In this document: positions 60,530-64,000 of the stretch, piece after piece
Layout of the letters: every line of letters begins with the position of its first letter
How positions within the stretch are numbered: the first letter of the stretch is position 1
Assembly: GCA_964461055.1 (NCBI GenBank)
Contig: CAYWSG010000011.1
Span: 61-64,060 of the forward strand
From: an uncultured Enterobacteriaceae bacterium
Lineage (GTDB): Bacteria > Pseudomonadota > Gammaproteobacteria > Burkholderiales > SG8-39
DNA: 64,000 bases
Direction of reading: 5' to 3'
Program-made: the position numbers and the translations under genes
Notes under the pieces: generated by a model
The model's input: the letters and a program-made list of their open reading frames with translations, nothing else
What the model was told of the DNA's origin: nothing
Databases searched by the model: none

Positions 60530-61165
60530 CTAGCCTCGCGGGCCGCCGCCCGGGTAGTCCGTGCGCTCCCCCTGCACGATGTCGACGAGCTTGGACGCCT
60601 GCAACTCCATCTCGACGACGAACGTGTCCACTTTGTGGCGGAAATGGCGGTACATGATGAGCGCCGGCACGGCGATGCCGATGCCGAACGCGGTGTTGTA
60701 GAGCGCGACCGAGATGCCGTGCGCGAGCTGCTGGGGATTGGTGCCGCCGGTGGGCGACTGCGAGCCGAAGATCTCGATCATGCCGATCACGGTGCCGAAG
60801 AGGCCGAGCAGCGGCGCCGCGGTCGCGATGGTGCCGAGCGTCGTGAGGAAGCGCTCGAGCTCGTGAGCGACCGCGCGGCCGGCCTCCTCGATCGCCTCCT
60901 TCATCACGTAGCGGGAGCTTCGGTAGTTGCGCAGCCCCGCGGCGAGCACCGCGCCGAGCGGCGAGTCCTTCGCGAGCCGCTCGAGCATGTCGTCGGAGAC
61001 GCCGTGGCGCTGATACACCGAGAGCACCTGCTCGAGAAGCGTCGGCGGAATGATCTTGTGCTCGCGCAGCGACAACGAGCGCTCGATGATGAGCGCAACC
61101 GCGACGACGGAGGCGGCGAGCAGCGGCCAGATCGGCCAGCCTGCGGCCTGGATGATTGCGAACAA
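60530..61165 (-). CDS. exbB: MotA/TolQ/ExbB proton-channel protein
   Basis: FAIIQAAGWPIWPLL... and GLFGTVIGMI. I favour the TTG at 61165, preceded by GGAAAGAG. The longest ORF starts at TTG 61261. Confidence 0.9.
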   Translation of the reverse strand: MFAIIQAAGWPIWPLLAASVVAVALIIERSLSLREHKIIPPTLLEQVLSVYQRHGVSDDMLERLAKDSPLGAVLAAGLRNYRSSRYVMKEAIEEAGRAVAHELERFLTTLGTIATAAPLLGLFGTVIGMIEIFGSQSPTGGTNPQQLAHGISVALYNTAFGIGIAVPALIMYRHFRHKVDTFVVEMELQASKLVDIVQGERTDYPGGGPRG

Positions 61166-61338
61166 CGGCTCTTTCCCGTGCCTTTCCCCCGCTGCCTGCT
61201 TCAACGCGGTGCGCGCAGCGTTCGTTGTTTTTTTCTGCGGCGACTTTAGCCAATGCGGCAAGCTGCGGCAAGTTCCCGCGGCGCAAAAAATTGCGCGGCG
61301 GCGCTGCAGAATCGGCGACGCCTGTAGTGCAAATCACG

Positions 61339-61374
61339 ATATCCACAAAAACCTGTGGATAAGTGTGTGGACAT
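61339..61374. promoter_or_regulatory. Three closely spaced DnaA-box 9-mers (one perfect)
   Basis: ATATCCACA (61339-47, 8/9), then 6 bp, then TGTGGATAA (61354-62, 9/9 on the opposite strand), then 3 bp, then TGTGGACAT (61366-74, 7/9), compared with consensus TTATCCACA. Confidence 0.6.
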
Positions 61375-61530
61375 TCGATGAATTGGTCGCGCGTTGCCCG
61401 TGATGGAGCCGGCAAAGTCGGTCGCGATCAAAAATTGAGCAGCCATTTGTCGAAGCCAAACAGCGATTTACGGAAAAGAATCGGGCTCCGCGGCGCGTGC
61501 TGTCGCCGTCCGGCGGCGATGGCGCCGATG

Positions 61531-61539
61531 TGTGGATGA
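61531..61539. promoter_or_regulatory. Additional DnaA-box-like 9-mer, 41 nt upstream of xseA
   Basis: TGTGGATGA (8/9 to TGTGGATAA). Confidence 0.45.
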
Positions 61540-61579
61540 GTGAAGCCGTTGGTGTACGCTGGCGGCCCTCGATTCCTCC

Positions 61580-62800
61580 ATGAACGACGCGGTCCCCTCC
61601 GTCTCCGAGCTGCTTCGTAGTGTTCGCGATCTACTGGAGCGCAGGTACCCGCTCGCCTGGGTGCGGGGCGAAGTGTCCAACCTGTCGCGCGCCGCTTCCG
61701 GCCACTGCTACTTCACGCTGAAGGACGCCCAGGCCCAGGTCGATTGCGTCATGTTCCGCAGCCGTGCCGCGGCGGTGGACTGGCCGCTTCGCAACGGCGA
61801 CCAGGTGGAGGCCCGCGCGCTCGTCACGCTCTACGAGCCGCGCGGGCGCTTCCAGCTCAACGTGGAGGCGCTTCGGCGCGCCGGCCTCGGACGGCTCTAC
61901 GAGCGGTTCCTGCGCCTCAAGGAGCGCCTGGAGCGCGAGGGACTGTTCGATGCGGCCGGCAAGCGGCCCGTGCCCGCCTACCCCCGGGCCATCGGCGTGG
62001 TCACCTCGCTGCAGGCGGCGGCGCTGCGCGACGTCCTCACGACGCTGGCGCGGCGCAACGCCGCGATCCCGGTCATCGTGTATCCGGTACCCGTGCAGGG
62101 CGAAGGCGCCGCCGAGCGCATCGCCGCGATGCTCGCGAAAGCCAACGCGCGCGCGGAATGCGACGTGCTCCTTCTCGTGCGCGGCGGCGGCTCGATCGAG
62201 GACCTCTGGCCGTTCAACGAGGAGGTGGTGGCGCGGGCGCTGCGCGCCTCGCGCATCCCGGTTGTCTGCGGCGTCGGGCACGAGACGGACTTCACCATCG
62301 CCGACTTCGCCGCCGATCACCGCGCCCCCACGCCGACGGCCGCCGCCGAGCTCGCGAGCCCCTCGCGCGCGGAGCTCCTCGCGCGCCTCGCGGAGTGCTC
62401 GCGCTGCCTCGCGCGGGACACCCGGCGCCATCTCGAGTACGCGATGCAGGCGCTCGATGCGCTCGCACGGCGCCTCGTGCATCCGGCGGAGCGGCTGCGC
62501 TCGTACCGGCGCACGCTCGCGCAGCTCGCCGGCCGGCTCGCGTTCGGGTTCGGGCATAACGTGCGCCTCGCCGAGGGACGCCTGGAGCGGCTCGTCGTGG
62601 CCCTCGGCGGCCTCGACCCGCGGGCGGTGCTCGCGCGCGGCTATTCGATCACGCTCGGCGCCGACGGCAAGGTCATCACCGATGCCGTCGCCGTTCGCGC
62701 CGGAGACCGGTTGCGAACGACGCTCGCACGCGGCAGCCTTGAAAGCATCACCAGCGCAACGCGCTTCGCGGACGACGCCGCGAACGGAAAAGGAGCCTAG
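61580..62800 (+). CDS. xseA: Exodeoxyribonuclease VII large subunit
   Basis: [39 protein letters not shown]-fold N-terminus and [15 protein letters not shown]. Confidence 0.95.
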   Translation: MNDAVPSVSELLRSVRDLLERRYPLAWVRGEVSNLSRAASGHCYFTLKDAQAQVDCVMFRSRAAAVDWPLRNGDQVEARALVTLYEPRGRFQLNVEALRRAGLGRLYERFLRLKERLEREGLFDAAGKRPVPAYPRAIGVVTSLQAAALRDVLTTLARRNAAIPVIVYPVPVQGEGAAERIAAMLAKANARAECDVLLLVRGGGSIEDLWPFNEEVVARALRASRIPVVCGVGHETDFTIADFAADHRAPTPTAAAELASPSRAELLARLAECSRCLARDTRRHLEYAMQALDALARRLVHPAERLRSYRRTLAQLAGRLAFGFGHNVRLAEGRLERLVVALGGLDPRAVLARGYSITLGADGKVITDAVAVRAGDRLRTTLARGSLESITSATRFADDAANGKGA

Positions 62801-63403
62801 ATGGGACACCGCCTTTCGAAGATCACCACGCGGACCGGCGATGCCGGCCAGACCGGCCTTGGCGACGGCTCGCGGGTGGCGAAGGACAGCCCGCGCGTGC
62901 AGGCCCTGGGCGAGGTCGACGAGCTGAACTGCGCGATCGGCCTGGTGCTCGCCGAGGACGTGCCGCAGGACGTGCGCGAGACCCTGCTGCAGGTGCAGCA
63001 CGAGCTTTTCGACCTCGGCGGCGAGCTCAGCATCCCGGGCCACAGCCTCGTCAAGCCCGAAAGCGTGGCCGCGCTGGAAGCGCGCCTCGAGCGCTGGAAT
63101 GCCGACCTGCCCCCGTTGAAGGAGTTCGTCCTCCCGGGCGGCAGCCGGGCCGCCGCCGCGGCGCATCTCGCCCGCGCCGTGTGCCGCCGCGCCGAGCGCG
63201 CCGTCGTGGCGCTCGGCGGCGATGCGACGAGCGGCGCCAGCGATTCAAGGAGCGGCGCAAGCGAATCAAGGAGCGGCGCAAGCGCCGCGGCGCGCCAGTA
63301 CCTCAACCGCCTCTCGGACCTGCTGTTCGTCGCCGGGCGCATCCTCAACCGGCACGCCGGGCGCCCGGACGTGCAGTGGCGCCACGAGCGCGGGCGGGGA
63401 TAG
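62801..63403 (+). CDS. PduO-type ATP:cob(I)alamin adenosyltransferase
   Basis: ITTRTGDAGQTGL, QHELFDLGGEL and YLNRLSDLLFV motifs. Contains a repeat-encoded loop insertion. Confidence 0.9.
   Translation: MGHRLSKITTRTGDAGQTGLGDGSRVAKDSPRVQALGEVDELNCAIGLVLAEDVPQDVRETLLQVQHELFDLGGELSIPGHSLVKPESVAALEARLERWNADLPPLKEFVLPGGSRAAAAAHLARAVCRRAERAVVALGGDATSGASDSRSGASESRSGASAAARQYLNRLSDLLFVAGRILNRHAGRPDVQWRHERGRG
63230..63286 (+). repeat. 21-bp in-frame tandem repeat (about 2.7 units) inside the adenosyltransferase gene
   Basis: AGCGGCGCCAGCGATTCAAGG / AGCGGCGCAAGCGAATCAAGG / AGCGGCGCAAGCGCC, encoding SGASDSR-SGASESR-SGASA. Confidence 0.9.
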
Positions 63404-63413
63404 AAGCGCCCGG

Positions 63414-64000
63414 CTAGGTCCCCTCCTCCACGAAGACTTCCTCGCGCTTCTTGCGCAGGGCGGGCAGCGCCACCATGGCGAGGAGGAGCACCGCGGCGAT
63501 CAGGAAGCCCAGGCTGATCGGCTTGGACGGGCTCACGAAAACGAACGGATCGCCGCGCGAGAGCAGCATCGCGCGCCTCAGGTTCTCCTCCATGAGGGGC
63601 CCCAGGATGAAGCCGAGGATCATCGGCGCCGGCTCGCACTCGAGCTTCACGCACACGTAGCCGAACAGCCCGAAGACCGCCATGATGACGAGGTCGAAGG
63701 GGTTGTTCGAGAGGCTGTAGACCCCGACCGCCATGAACACGAGGATCGACGGGAAGAGGAACCGGTAGGGCACGGTGAGGAGCCTGATCCAGATGCCGAT
63801 GAGCGGCAGGTTGAGCACCACCAGCATGAGGTTCCCGATCCACATCGACACGATGAGGCCCCAGAAAAGGTCGGGCTTGTCGTTCATGACCTGCGGCCCC
63901 GGGGCGATGCCCTGGATCATGAGCGCCCCGATCATGAGCGCCATGACGGCGTTGCCCGGAATGCCGAGCGTGAGCATCGGGATGAACGAGGTCTGCGCGC
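63414..64000 (-). CDS. tctA: Tripartite tricarboxylate transporter TctA-family permease (C-terminal part; the gene continues beyond the window)
   Basis: LTLGIPGNAVMALMIGALMIQGIAPGP... and a multi-TM C-terminus. The ORF is open at the right edge of the window. Confidence 0.85.
   Translation of the reverse strand, partial: AQTSFIPMLTLGIPGNAVMALMIGALMIQGIAPGPQVMNDKPDLFWGLIVSMWIGNLMLVVLNLPLIGIWIRLLTVPYRFLFPSILVFMAVGVYSLSNNPFDLVIMAVFGLFGYVCVKLECEPAPMILGFILGPLMEENLRRAMLLSRGDPFVFVSPSKPISLGFLIAAVLLLAMVALPALRKKREEVFVEEGT

Noticed and set aside
61262-61579. Reading the DnaA-box cluster as the chromosomal replication origin (oriC).
   Set aside because: It has only four boxes, no obvious tandem AT-rich 13-mer unwinding element and only one GATC. 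No dnaA, dnaN, gyrB, rpmH or gidA lies in the vicinity. I keep it as a DnaA-regulatory candidate rather than calling it oriC. GC-skew analysis on the full genome is needed.

Overview
This is a very GC-rich proteobacterial chromosome segment. The gene order (rpsF-priB-rpsR-rplI-dnaB, xseB-ispA-dxs-folE2, exbB-exbD-lpxK-ycaR-kdsB-adk, queG<>tsaE-amiC...mutL-miaA) points to a Beta- or basal Gammaproteobacterium, but the taxon cannot be fixed from this window. I call 71 protein-coding genes, which fill almost the whole window and are overwhelmingly core or housekeeping. They include a complete System I cytochrome c maturation operon (ccmABCDEFGHI); hom-thrC; argD-argF-argG; ribosomal proteins plus priB and dnaB; dxs/ispA/xseB/folE2; queG/tsaE/amiC/mutL/miaA; a membrane H+-pyrophosphatase; ggt; adk/kdsB/lpxK/exbBD; and xseA. 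There is also a scattering of small DUF proteins (DUF2237, DUF3606, DUF2784, Mth938-like, YajQ). I saw no rRNA, tRNA, CRISPR array, transposase, integrase, phage gene or recognisable defence gene, so this does not look like an accessory island, and I cannot point to a clear-cut new multi-gene system. The observations most worth a second look follow.
1. A four-box DnaA-box cluster, one box perfect, lies in the exbB-xseA spacer.
2. A helically phased 11-bp repeat array with DnaA-box-like cores lies in the unusually long dnaB upstream region.
3. A Cfa-type methyltransferase plus FAD-oxidoreductase pair resembles the two-gene 10-methyl fatty-acid pathway.
4. Several divergent gene pairs have 0-23 bp or negative spacing, with -10-like hexamers (often TAGAAT) placed about 5-8 nt before the start codons, which suggests leaderless mRNAs.
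5. An AT-rich island sits inside tsaE, next to an obligatory tsaE/amiC dual-coding overlap.
6. An orphan HlyB/HlyD-type secretion pair has only a DUF3606 mini-gene attached.
7. An 11.7-kb run of 16 same-strand genes is almost gapless and links amino-acid biosynthesis, DUF2237 and ccm.
All functional calls rest on motif and family recognition by eye, and no database search was run. Many long ORFs in the supplied track are off-frame or antisense artefacts of the high GC content, and I ignored them.
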